Shown here: piece by piece, positions 18,056-26,838 of the stretch | How the letters are laid out: every line of letters starts with the position of its first letter | Numbering within the stretch: the stretch's first letter is position 1 | NCBI GenBank assembly: GCA_944390445.1 | Contig: CALXQB010000001.1 | Location: forward strand, 140-40,139 | Length of the DNA stretch: 40,000 bases | Direction of reading: 5' to 3' | From: an uncultured Clostridia bacterium | GTDB taxonomy: Bacteria; Bacillota; Clostridia; TANB77; CAG-508 | Translations under genes and position numbers: made by a program | The notes under the pieces: generated by a model | What the model saw: only the letters and a program-made list of their open reading frames with translations | Databases searched by the model: none | What the model was told of the DNA's origin: nothing

Positions 18056-18970
18056 ATGATTCCTGTCATTATTCTTTTAGTAATTGTTTTAGTCATTGCA
18101 TTTAAAACAATTAAAATTGTTAGACAGTCTGAAGTATACATTATAGAAAGATTAGGTAAGTTTCATAAAATAGCAGATGCTGGTCTTACCATTATTATTC
18201 CATTTTTTGATCATGTAAGAAGTGTAGTAAGTTTAAAGCAACAAACAATGGATATTCCACCTCAAGGTGTAATTACACAAGATAATGTTACCATTACTAT
18301 TGACACTGTTGTGTTCTACCAAATTACTGATCCTGCAAAAGCAGTTTATGAAATTCAATCTTTGAAAAAAGGTATTGAATATCTTGCCATTACTACCATT
18401 CGTGATATTGTTGGTAAGATGGATTTAGATGCAACCTTTAGTTCAAGAGATGCCATTAATGATAAACTAAGAATTATATTAGATGAAGCAACAGATAAAT
18501 GGGGTTGTAAAATTGATAGAGTAGAGATTAAAGATATTACCCCTCCGCCAGATATCCGTGATGCCATGGAAAAACAAATGAATGCAGAAAGAAATAAAAG
18601 AGCTTTAATTCTTCAAGCAGAAGGTGAAAGACAATCTGCTATCACCATTGCTGAAGGTCAAAAAGAGGCTGCTATTTTAGAAGCAGAAGCTGATAGAGAA
18701 TCTAAAATTAGAAGAGCTGCCGGTGAAGCAGATGCTATTAAAAAAGTAGCAGAAGCAAAAGCAAAAGAAATTCAAATGGTTTATGAAGCAATTAAGAGTG
18801 CTAGCCCTGATGATAAATTAGTTCAATTAAAGTCTTTAGAAGCATTAGAAGAAGTTGCCAAAGGAGAGGCAAACAAAATCTTTATTCCTTTTGAAGCTAC
18901 AGCTAGTTTAGCAAGTTTAGGTGCTATTCGTGATGTTATGACAGACGATGAAAAGAAGAAAAAAGCTTAA
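18056..18970 (+). CDS. SPFH/band-7 (stomatin-like) protein
   Basis: N-terminal TM, SPFH core and an alanine/glutamate-rich coiled coil. Confidence 0.9.
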   Translation: MIPVIILLVIVLVIAFKTIKIVRQSEVYIIERLGKFHKIADAGLTIIIPFFDHVRSVVSLKQQTMDIPPQGVITQDNVTITIDTVVFYQITDPAKAVYEIQSLKKGIEYLAITTIRDIVGKMDLDATFSSRDAINDKLRIILDEATDKWGCKIDRVEIKDITPPPDIRDAMEKQMNAERNKRALILQAEGERQSAITIAEGQKEAAILEAEADRESKIRRAAGEADAIKKVAEAKAKEIQMVYEAIKSASPDDKLVQLKSLEALEEVAKGEANKIFIPFEATASLASLGAIRDVMTDDEKKKKA

Positions 18971-18987
18971 AATACATTAAGTACATA

Positions 18988-19020
18988 ATTTCAGGTCGAC
19001 ACTTTTGTCGACCTGAAATT
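18988..19020. terminator. Perfect 15-bp hairpin after the SPFH gene
   Basis: AATTTCAGGTCGACA-CTT-TGTCGACCTGAAATT. No clear T-run, so terminator function is uncertain. Confidence 0.5.
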
Positions 19021-19073
19021 ATGATATATACTCATTATAAAATACAGATTCCAAAAGGAGTGATAAAAGTAAA

Positions 19074-19436
19074 ATGAATATTGCATTATTGAAAAAAGAT
19101 TTATATCAATTCAGGTTTGCTATCATTCCTATTTTTCTCTATTTTATTTTTACGCAACTTCTTTTTGGAACAGTATGTCCTATTAGAATATTATTCAATT
19201 TTCCTTGTCCTGCCTGTGGATTAACGCGTGCAAGCATTTCCTTATTATGTGGAAATTTTATTCAAGCATTCCAATATAATATTACTGTTGTTTTTTGGTG
19301 GATTCTTATCATTTTATTTATAATTGATAGATATTTTTATAAATTAAAATTTAAAGTATTTCCAACTTTATTTATTATTGTTGGAATCTTAACACTCCTA
19401 TTGTATGTCATCCGTATCTCTTCTTATATAGTATGA
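19074..19436 (+). CDS. DUF2752-like membrane protein
   Basis: CPIRILFNFPCPACGLTRA motif plus TM helices. RBS AAAGGAG. Confidence 0.7.
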   Translation: MNIALLKKDLYQFRFAIIPIFLYFIFTQLLFGTVCPIRILFNFPCPACGLTRASISLLCGNFIQAFQYNITVVFWWILIILFIIDRYFYKLKFKVFPTLFIIVGILTLLLYVIRISSYIV

Positions 19437-19460
19437 TATGAATATAAAGGATTATTTTGC

Positions 19461-19820
19461 TTATTTTTTTATATGGAAAATGTTTTTTATTTTATTTATA
19501 ATTCTTGCAAATATTGATTTTTTATATGGTATCATTGCAGTTTCATTTGCTATTTGTTCTTCTACATTTTTTGTTTCTTGTTTTTGCTTTTTGAAAATAT
19601 TATCTGGGTTATATCTTTCTCTAAGTTCTAATTGATATTTTTCTTCATTGTTTTTTAAAATGTTATTTATTTCTGCAACTTCATTTTCATCTTCACACCA
19701 ATAATTTAAATATAATAAGACAATGATAGCCATGGTTTCTTTTCTTATATTTTGTTCATTTAAAGGCAACTCTTCTATATATTGTGGATTATAATTGATT
19801 GCTCTTTTTTCCTTTAACAT
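19461..19820 (-). CDS. Hypothetical 119-aa protein, translationally coupled to the upstream gene
   Basis: Its ATG overlaps the stop of the 332-aa ORF (ATGTTAA). No domain recognised. Confidence 0.6.
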   Translation of the reverse strand: MLKEKRAINYNPQYIEELPLNEQNIRKETMAIIVLLYLNYWCEDENEVAEINNILKNNEEKYQLELRERYNPDNIFKKQKQETKNVEEQIANETAMIPYKKSIFARIINKIKNIFHIKK

Positions 19821-20812
19821 ATTGCATTATCAACCATATATGATTTCCATCCTTCTTGTTCCATTTCTTCTTTCATTTTATGCAATTGTTCCATATTCCT
19901 ACTTGAAATTAACTCATTAAAATTTTTAGATATATCATCCATATTCGTAGAAAGTTCTTTAAAGAGTTTTTCTTTCTCTTTTGGCGGTAAATCTGAATAA
20001 TGTTGTTCATTTTTTATAAAGCTCTTGCTTCCATCTTGTTCTTCACAATAATATCCTAAAATAAATTGTGGTGGTATTTCCCTTAATTTTGAGCAAATCC
20101 TATCAAAAATACAATGTTCTTCATATTGTTGTCCAGCTGTTCTTCTGTTTTTCTCTGGGAATCCTAGAAAAATCTTTTCTCCTTCTTCATTTTGTATATA
20201 TGAAGGGACAGCAATGATAACATTTGCTTTTGTTCCTTCTCCAAATTTATATCCAACAATTTCTTGTCTTATTTCTTCTGAATCTTCATTTACTCCTAGA
20301 GAAATTGCTGTGCTTAAAATTGTTTTACTATTATTATTTAAATTTAATCCTTGGCTATTTATACTTTCTGCTATACTTTGTTTTTCTTCTCTACTACCTT
20401 TATCTATTCCATGAATTCCTATGCCATATTCTCCTTGTTCTAGACCACCAAGAATATCTTCTAAATTTGATTGCTCCGTTTTCGATTTCTGTTTTTTATC
20501 TAGCTCTTGATAAATAATTTCAATGTCTTTATCGCTTTGAAATCTATGTAATGTCCCAATTCTAATTTCAATTAAATGTGCTTTTTCTGTCATAATTGAT
20601 CTGACATTTGTTAGTCCTAAAGCATATGCAGCCGAATGGTCTATATAAAATTTTCCATCTCTTCTATATACTCTTAGTTTTCTCTTTGTTCTCATTATTA
20701 GTTTAGTTTGTTCTCCTAATTGTTCTTTTTCTTTCTCTCTAACTCTTAAATCAGTTCGTGAAAGTAATTTCATCTTTTCTCTTGTTTTTTCATTACTTTC
20801 GTATTGTAGCAT
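19814..20812 (-). CDS. Hypothetical 332-aa protein
   Basis: RBS TAGGAG. Native AT-rich composition, basic N-terminus, no domain recognised. Confidence 0.7.
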   Translation of the reverse strand: MLQYESNEKTREKMKLLSRTDLRVREKEKEQLGEQTKLIMRTKRKLRVYRRDGKFYIDHSAAYALGLTNVRSIMTEKAHLIEIRIGTLHRFQSDKDIEIIYQELDKKQKSKTEQSNLEDILGGLEQGEYGIGIHGIDKGSREEKQSIAESINSQGLNLNNNSKTILSTAISLGVNEDSEEIRQEIVGYKFGEGTKANVIIAVPSYIQNEEGEKIFLGFPEKNRRTAGQQYEEHCIFDRICSKLREIPPQFILGYYCEEQDGSKSFIKNEQHYSDLPPKEKEKLFKELSTNMDDISKNFNELISSRNMEQLHKMKEEMEQEGWKSYMVDNAIC

Positions 20813-20974
20813 AATAAACTCCTATTATATCTAAAAAGATATACAATTTTATTTTTAATAAATCATATCACAATATCATTATTTTTTTCAAACATTTTCA
20901 ATTTTTTTATAAAAAATTTGAAAATTTAATTAAACTGTGATAAAATTATTAAATAATCAAAAGGGGGTATTTAT

Positions 20975-21259
20975 ATGTCAGAAGAAAATAATACAACAAA
21001 TACACAACCAAATATTCCAGATGAGTATAAACCAATTAGTATGTGGGGATATTTTGGTTATGAGCTTTTATTTGCAATTCCATGTGTAGGATGGATATGT
21101 TTAATTGTTTTTGCATTAGGTGGAACTTCTAATGTTAATCTTAAAAATTTTGCTCGTTCTTATTTTTGCTTTTTAATTCTTGCTGTTATATTAGGACTTA
21201 TTGGATTCCTTCTAGTTGGTGGTATTACAGCAGCTAATACATCATTTTTATTAAGCTAA
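20975..21259 (+). CDS. Small two-TM membrane protein
   Basis: RBS AAGGGGG. Asn/Thr-rich N-terminus followed by two hydrophobic helices. Confidence 0.6.
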   Translation: MSEENNTTNTQPNIPDEYKPISMWGYFGYELLFAIPCVGWICLIVFALGGTSNVNLKNFARSYFCFLILAVILGLIGFLLVGGITAANTSFLLS

Positions 21260-21284
21260 ATATGTAATTATTAAATCAAGAAAA

Positions 21285-21395
21285 TCAACCATATATACCT
21301 ATATTTTATCCGCAAAACTCTCAAGGTTCAAGGAGTAATCCGTAAGCAGCAGGCTGTTCGAGCTTTTGCTTCAAAATATAGGTATATATGGTTGA
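21285..21395. repeat. 111-nt element with perfect 23-bp terminal inverted repeats and a G+C-richer 65-nt core
   Basis: TCAACCATATATACCTATATTTT (21285-21307) is the exact reverse complement of 21373-21395. Inner extension GCAAAA/TTTTGC and CTC/GAG. Apical GGA-GTAA-TCC. Confidence 0.85.
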
Positions 21396-21490
21396 AATTA
21401 AAATAAAGAAAGTACTTCACTTAATTTAATAATATTGCACGGATGGATACATACAAATTTTTATTTTTAAATGATAAGTCTCATTTTTTC

Positions 21491-21631
21491 TTACATCATT
21501 CCTAATTTTCTCACAAATTGTTTTCCTTTTTTCATCATTTTTTTCTTATTGCTACACATACCATCTGCACACATAAGAGCAATTCCTCCTACTACCATGC
21601 CTCCTATTAGCATACCTTTTACAAACTTCAT
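21491..21631 (-). CDS. Unlisted 46-aa small membrane protein MKFVKGMLIGGMVVGGIALMCADGMCSNKKKMMKKGKQFVRKLGMM
   Basis: AAAGGAGG 10 nt upstream of the ATG, 34 nt downstream of the second TauE gene. Glycine-zipper TM plus a Lys-rich tail. My own translation. Confidence 0.5.
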   Translation of the reverse strand: MKFVKGMLIGGMVVGGIALMCADGMCSNKKKMMKKGKQFVRKLGMM

Positions 21632-21665
21632 CCTTGTTTTTCCTCCTTTTTTCTTTTTTCTTTTA

Positions 21666-22043
21666 TTATGCCTTTTTCTTTTTCAAAATATACTCTTTTA
21701 CAAAATAATATATTTCATGAATGGCAATTAATCCTAAGAAAATCCCAAAATATTTTTTTAAATTTTCAGATGAAATTACTGTAGAAATCTTAGCACCAAT
21801 CATTGCTCCTATCACTCCAAAAAGAATAATAATTTTTGCTGTTTTCCAATCTATATTTTTATTTTTTGCATTTACCATGATGGCACTAATAGAAGTGGGA
21901 ATAAAGAAAATTAAATTGGTTGCTTGTGCAATATGTTGCTCGATTCCTAAAAATACAGAAAGAACTAAAATTAAAATAGTTCCTCCTCCCATTCCTGTTC
22001 CACTTACAATTCCAGATATAAACCCTACTAAAATTTCAAACAT
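21666..22043 (-). CDS. TauE/SafE-family anion exporter, C-terminal half-size subunit
   Basis: Four TM helices with GxxSGxxGxGGG. Own RBS AGAGGAG. Confidence 0.75.
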   Translation of the reverse strand: MFEILVGFISGIVSGTGMGGGTILILVLSVFLGIEQHIAQATNLIFFIPTSISAIMVNAKNKNIDWKTAKIIILFGVIGAMIGAKISTVISSENLKKYFGIFLGLIAIHEIYYFVKEYILKKKKA

Positions 22044-22053
22044 TTTTCTCCTC

Positions 22054-22398
22054 TTAAAAAATCATCCTTATAGATGCATATATTAAAAATATGGTAAAAG
22101 CAATTTTTAAAATTTTAGGAGACAGTTTATTTAAAAGTTTTGATCCCACATATCCTCCTATTACTCCTCCTATGGCACATAACATTCCTATTTTCCAATC
22201 GATAAAATCATTTCTAAAATAGATAATACCACTTACTAGTACCATTGGCATGATACATAACACAGAAGTTGCCCTTGCTTTTACATCTGTCATTTTTAAT
22301 AAGTATATAAAAGCAGGAACTAGTATGAGACCTCCACCTGATGTGAAAAATCCACTAATAATTCCTGCTAATATTCCAATTCCTGCTTTTTTCCACAT
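22054..22398 (-). CDS. TauE/SafE-family anion exporter, N-terminal half-size subunit
   Basis: Four TM helices with GIISGFFTSGGG. RBS AAGGTG. Clean stop 10 nt before the next gene. Confidence 0.75.
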   Translation of the reverse strand: MWKKAGIGILAGIISGFFTSGGGLILVPAFIYLLKMTDVKARATSVLCIMPMVLVSGIIYFRNDFIDWKIGMLCAIGGVIGGYVGSKLLNKLSPKILKIAFTIFLIYASIRMIF

Positions 22399-22432
22399 AC
22401 TAACACCTTGTTTTAGTATGTGTATTTTTTTA

Positions 22433-23692
22433 CTAAATATGTATTTTATTTTTTTTGATGGTATCGTCTTCGATATAATATTGAGTACCTAACATTTTAT
22501 CTGGTAAATATTGTTGTTCTACTTGGTGCATTGGATAGTCATGAGGATATTTATATCCTTGTCCATAACCATGTTCTTCCATTCCTTTTGCTGGTGCATT
22601 CCTAATATGCATAGGAATTTCACCTGTGTCTTTTGTTGCAACATCTCCTAATGCTTTATTGATCGCTAAATAACTTGCATTAGATTTTGGTGCTTTTGCA
22701 ACATATACCGCTGCTTCTGCTAATATAATTCTTGCTTCTGGCATTCCTACATAATGTACGGCTTGCATAGCAGATGTGGCAATTACTAATGCGTTTGGGT
22801 CTGCCATTCCTACATCTTCTGATGAGCAAATAACAATTCTTCTTGCCAAAAACATAGGGTCTTCTCCTCCATTTAATGCTCGTGCTAAATAAAAAATGGC
22901 AGCATCTGGATCACTCCCTCTCATAGATTTTATGAATGCACTAATATTATCATAATGAGAATCTCCATTTTTATCAAATAAAGCCTTTCTTTTTTGGATA
23001 CTTTCTCCCGCAACTTTATCTGTAATATGGATATAACCATCTGCTGATATTTGGGTTGTTAACACTGCCACCTCTAAACCATTTAAAGCAGTTCTTACAT
23101 CCCCTCCTGCCACTTCCGCTATTTTTTCTAATGTACTTTCCTCTATTTTTATTTTAAAAGTGCCTAATCCTTCTTCTTTTTCTAACGCCTTTTTCAATAT
23201 TACTAGAATATCCTTTGTTTGAAGTGGTTCTAGTTTTACTACCATAGACCTAGAAATTAAAGCTTTATTCACTTCAAAATATGGGTTTTCCGTTGTTGCT
23301 CCAATTAATATCACAACACCCTCTTCTACATATGGTAGTAAAGCATCTTGTTGTAATTTATTAAAGCGATGTATCTCATCAATAAATAAAATACATTTTC
23401 CTGTTGGGTTTAGTAATGTATTTTGTGCTTCTTGTATCGCATTTTTAATATCTGGTACTCCAGATGTTACTGCATTTAATTTTATAAATTTATATTTTGT
23501 AGTTTCACTAATTACCTTTGCTAAAGATGTTTTTCCACATCCAGGTGGTCCCCAAAGAATAATACTAGATAATCTATCTGCTTGTATGGTACGGTATAAT
23601 ATTTTATCTTTTCCTAATACATGTTCTTGCCCAACAAAATCGTCTAATTTTTTTGGTCTCATACGGTAAGCTAATGGTTGATTCAAATCCAC
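22433..23692 (-). CDS. rarA: Replication-associated recombination protein A (RarA/MgsA AAA+ ATPase)
   Basis: PLAYRMRPKKLDDFVGQEH, Walker A GPPGCGKT and a MgsA C-terminal domain. Confidence 0.9.
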   Translation of the reverse strand: MDLNQPLAYRMRPKKLDDFVGQEHVLGKDKILYRTIQADRLSSIILWGPPGCGKTSLAKVISETTKYKFIKLNAVTSGVPDIKNAIQEAQNTLLNPTGKCILFIDEIHRFNKLQQDALLPYVEEGVVILIGATTENPYFEVNKALISRSMVVKLEPLQTKDILVILKKALEKEEGLGTFKIKIEESTLEKIAEVAGGDVRTALNGLEVAVLTTQISADGYIHITDKVAGESIQKRKALFDKNGDSHYDNISAFIKSMRGSDPDAAIFYLARALNGGEDPMFLARRIVICSSEDVGMADPNALVIATSAMQAVHYVGMPEARIILAEAAVYVAKAPKSNASYLAINKALGDVATKDTGEIPMHIRNAPAKGMEEHGYGQGYKYPHDYPMHQVEQQYLPDKMLGTQYYIEDDTIKKNKIHI

Positions 23693-23713
23693 TTTTTTTC
23701 ACATTCCTTTCTT

Positions 23714-24310
23714 CTATTTTGCTAACAAAATAAGTGCTTTTTTTATGCTATCTTCTAATGCTAATTCTTTAACATCTATCTTACCTATTACTTGATTAAT
23801 TTCATATCTGGTATATCCAAGTACTTGCAATGCTGCAATTAATTCGTCAACTTTCTCTTCTCCTTGATTTATTTCTACAATTTCTTCTGGTTTTTCTGTT
23901 GCCGTTTCCGTTTTTAGTTTGTCCTTTAATTCTAATACAATTCTAGCTGCCGTTTTTTTACCAATTCCAGGTATTTTTACTAATTTTGATACATCATTGG
24001 TAATGACAGATAATGCAAAACTAGATGGGCTTACTTCTGATAACATACTAATAGCAGATTTCGCCCCAATACCACTAACAGAGAGTAATAATTCAAACAT
24101 TCTTAATTCTTCTTGATTGTTAAATCCATATAAACTAATATTGTCTTCTCTAACATGGTGATGTGTATAGATTTTGACCTGTGCGCCTATTTCTCCAAGC
24201 TTTTCTATTGCTTTTTGTGGCATATAAATTTGGTAACCAATCCCACCTGTTTCAACAATAATATAGAGATTACTTTTTACTTCTAAACTTCCTTTTATAT
24301 ATGCATACAT
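23714..24310 (-). CDS. ruvA: Holliday junction branch migration complex subunit RuvA
   Basis: Start MYAYIKGSL after GAGGAGG. HhH motifs (ISGIGAKSA, IPGIGKKTAARI) and a C-terminal domain III. Confidence 0.9.
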   Translation of the reverse strand: MYAYIKGSLEVKSNLYIIVETGGIGYQIYMPQKAIEKLGEIGAQVKIYTHHHVREDNISLYGFNNQEELRMFELLLSVSGIGAKSAISMLSEVSPSSFALSVITNDVSKLVKIPGIGKKTAARIVLELKDKLKTETATEKPEEIVEINQGEEKVDELIAALQVLGYTRYEINQVIGKIDVKELALEDSIKKALILLAK

Positions 24311-24453
24311 GAATTTTGCCTCCTCATTTTTATCAAACAAATTTTCTGTTGTTATTGTATCATATTCTTAGTTTTTTTCAAGCATTTTTTAAAATTTCTT
24401 TTCAGTTGATTTTTGTTTGTTTTTTTTATATAATTCTATTCTAGGAGGTTTTT

Positions 24454-25137
24454 ATGAGTCATTTTTTAGATAGAACGGAAATGTTAATTGGAAAGGAAAA
24501 AATACAAAAATTACAACATGCTACAGTTGCTGTTTTTGGTATTGGAGGTGTGGGTTCATATACAGCAGAAGCCTTAGTCAGGGCTGGTATTGGAAATTTA
24601 GTTATCATAGATCATGATAAAGTAGATATTACTAATATTAACCGCCAGTTAATTGCAGATACTACTACAGTTGGTCTTCCTAAAGTTTTGGTTGCGAAAG
24701 AAAGATATTTAAAAATTAATCCTGATCTTCACATTACTGTTTTTGAGAAGTTTTTTAATGAAGAAACACTTCCAGAATTAATGGAGATTTCATATGATTA
24801 TATCATAGATGCAATTGATTCTGTTTCTTCTAAAATTCTTTTGATTGAAACAGCTTACCAAAAAAAGATTCCTATTATTTCTTGTATGGGAACTGGTAAT
24901 AAGTTAAATCCTTCTTTATTTGAAATTTCCGATATTTCTCATACAGAGGTCTGTCCTCTTGCTAAAGTAATACGTAAAGAATTAAAAAAGAAAGGAATTC
25001 TAGATTTGAAAGTAGTATATTCAAAAGAAAAACCTCACAAAATAGATACGGAATCATCTTGTCCAGCTAGTATTTCTTTTGTTCCTTCTGTTGCAGGTCT
25101 TTTAATGGCGAGTGAAGTGATACAAGAAATTTTTTAA
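24454..25137 (+). CDS. tcdA: tRNA threonylcarbamoyladenosine dehydratase (ThiF-family, TcdA/CsdL)
   Basis: Rossmann GIGGVGS and NRQ motif. Length typical of TcdA. Confidence 0.8.
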   Translation: MSHFLDRTEMLIGKEKIQKLQHATVAVFGIGGVGSYTAEALVRAGIGNLVIIDHDKVDITNINRQLIADTTTVGLPKVLVAKERYLKINPDLHITVFEKFFNEETLPELMEISYDYIIDAIDSVSSKILLIETAYQKKIPIISCMGTGNKLNPSLFEISDISHTEVCPLAKVIRKELKKKGILDLKVVYSKEKPHKIDTESSCPASISFVPSVAGLLMASEVIQEIF

Positions 25138-25310
25138 TTTTTTTCTTTTTTAGAAATTATTTTTATAACTCCCATTTATTTTGCACATTTTCCCCGATTT
25201 CACATGAAAATTTTGGCATATTTTTAAATTTAATGGTTAAAATATACTTATATATTTCTATGAAACAAAACTTTTCCATGCTATAGTTTTTTTGGGGGAA
25301 GGTGATGTAT

Positions 25311-25649
25311 ATGGCAATTGATTTTTGTGTCATTGGTGAAAGATTAAAAGCCAATAGAATAAAACGAGGAATTACCCAAGAAGCTCTTGCTGAAAAGCTT
25401 GGTGTTTCTGTAGCTTTTTTAAGTAGAATAGAAAGAGGTAGTTCTCATATTAATTTAACGAGATTATCTCAAATTTGTGAAATTTCAGATATAACAGAAG
25501 GAGAAATTCTAAATGGTGTTTCTACAAAATCTAAAAATTATTTAACCACCGATTTTTCTTCTTTGTTAAAAAATTGTCCACCAGAAAAATTAAGATTAAT
25601 TTATAAAATTGCTAAAACGATTGTTGAAGATGAAGAAGGACAAATCTAG
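25311..25649 (+). CDS. XRE-family helix-turn-helix transcriptional regulator
   Basis: HTH_3 pattern RIKRGITQEALAEKLGVSVAFLSRIERG. Start chosen for spacing from GGGGGAAGG. The last codons lie inside repeat copy B. Confidence 0.8.
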   Translation: MAIDFCVIGERLKANRIKRGITQEALAEKLGVSVAFLSRIERGSSHINLTRLSQICEISDITEGEILNGVSTKSKNYLTTDFSSLLKNCPPEKLRLIYKIAKTIVEDEEGQI

Positions 25650-25810
25650 CTTCGCTAGACCTTTTCTCTACTTTTTAATATTTGTTACATTAATTTAAGG
25701 TCTAGCAAGAAGCGTATAAGATTTGTCGACACGAAAAATTGCAAAGCAATTTTTCTGTGCATCTATATTTTTTTACTTTATAGGAAATGCAATTTCCTAT
25801 AAAGTAAAAA
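25636..25810. repeat. Composite hairpin-rich repeat, copy B
   Basis: See copy A. Contains a 15-bp bulged stem (25649-25663 with 25697-25713), GAAAAATTGC-AAA-GCAATTTTTC (25733-25755) and ATAGGAAAT-GCA-ATTTCCTAT (25780-25800). Confidence 0.8.
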
Positions 25811-25835
25811 ATTTTTCTTTTAAATCACAATATTC

Positions 25836-25875
25836 TATCATATGTAAAAATGGCAAGAGTATTAATATTTACTCT
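25836..25875 (-). terminator. Terminator of the replication-relaxation-like gene
   Basis: AAAAATGGCAAGAGT-N10-ACTCTTGCCATTTTT. Confidence 0.8.
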
Positions 25876-25893
25876 TGCCATTTTTATATTATT

Positions 25894-26838
25894 TTATCCT
25901 AATATTTTGGCTTCCACTTGTTCCATTTTATATTTCTGTGTTACTTCGTCTAACTTGAATTCTACTAAAGATTTGTCTAGTGTTTCTTCATTTTGTCTTA
26001 AGTCTGTGGTGAAATAAAATTTTATTTGTTCAATTTCCAATTTCTTGGTTACGATCACTTTAAAAGCTTCTACCATGTGTTTGTCATCTTCACAGTCTAA
26101 TATTAGTTGTGGCATTTTTTCAAATCCAGAGTCCATTGGGATAAAACTCTCATAAAAGTCTTTGTATAATTTAAGTCTTTCTTCTAATTTTCCTTCCCAA
26201 TCTTCTTCTCTTCTAATCACTTCAAATAGAAAGTTAGCTGTCTTTTTATCTTTCCCAATTTTTATTCCACAACCAGTTACTTTAAATACTTTCCCTAATT
26301 TTTTTGCAGTAACAGCTGGTTTTACGGTATAGTCCTCAAAATTTTGTGCCTTTTTTAAATAAGCAATAATAATTTGATTTCCCGCCAGTCTTTTCTTAAT
26401 CATAGGAACTGGTTTGGTATTATCTGTTGGTTGCCATTTACATTCTACACCTCTTGAATTTAATAAATATTTTCCCATTTTTTCTAGGCAATAAATACGG
26501 TAAATTCCTTTTCCTTCTTCTGATGTAAAATAATATCTTGTTAGTATTTTAGTTTTAATTAATTGTTCTAATTTATTATTTAGTTTGTCTTGTGTTTTAA
26601 TTTCTTCTGGTATTTCTTTTATGGTTAATAATTGGTATAATTGTCTAGATGTAATAAATTCAAATTTATTGACAAGTTCCATAATTTTAAAATGGATATC
26701 ATTAATATGCCCTAAATTAATTTTATGTATAATTTGGTTCATAGATACATACCCATCTTTTCCATCAAATTTTTTGATTTCTCCTTCTCTTATTGCAAAT
26801 GGTGATACTTTTGCTTTAATTTCATTGTCTTCAACCAT
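25894..26838 (-). CDS. Replication-relaxation (Replic_Relax)-like winged-helix protein, mobile-element remnant
   Basis: Residues about 55-125 (IMELVNKFEFITSRQLYQLL...LEQLIKTKILTRYYF...IYCLEKMGKYLL) fit the pattern I recall for the plasmid/ICE replication-relaxation family. Assigned from memory only. Confidence 0.55.
   Translation of the reverse strand: MVEDNEIKAKVSPFAIREGEIKKFDGKDGYVSMNQIIHKINLGHINDIHFKIMELVNKFEFITSRQLYQLLTIKEIPEEIKTQDKLNNKLEQLIKTKILTRYYFTSEEGKGIYRIYCLEKMGKYLLNSRGVECKWQPTDNTKPVPMIKKRLAGNQIIIAYLKKAQNFEDYTVKPAVTAKKLGKVFKVTGCGIKIGKDKKTANFLFEVIRREEDWEGKLEERLKLYKDFYESFIPMDSGFEKMPQLILDCEDDKHMVEAFKVIVTKKLEIEQIKFYFTTDLRQNEETLDKSLVEFKLDEVTQKYKMEQVEAKILG

Noticed and set aside
18988-19020. 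GTCGAC-containing perfect palindrome as a member of the hairpin-CCCTACA family
   Set aside because: It shares only the GTCGACA core and lacks the CCCTACA tail. Its position directly after the SPFH gene fits a simple, if T-run-poor, terminator.
20880-20930. AT-only near-palindrome (TTTTCAATTTTTTTATAAAAAATTTGAAAA) in the divergent promoter region as an operator
   Set aside because: It is low-complexity A/T sequence, where such symmetry arises easily. There is no second copy and no associated regulator.
21285-21395. The 111-nt hairpin as the SRP (4.5S/ffs) RNA
   Set aside because: The rod shape, GNRA tetraloop and AAGCAGC string are reminiscent of SRP helix 8. However, the conserved 5'-side GGUCAGGUCC bases are not present (CAAGGA instead), the outer stem is pure AT-rich repeat, and the genomic context is not ffs-like. 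A cmscan with the SRP models would be decisive.
21471-21731. 86-aa plus-strand ORF
   Set aside because: It is antisense to the better-supported 46-aa ORF and to the TauE 3' end. Phe/Pro/Leu low complexity and no RBS.
25163-25354. 63-aa minus-strand ORF overlapping the XRE gene start
   Set aside because: No RBS. It overlaps the XRE promoter, RBS and start region and has no recognisable features.
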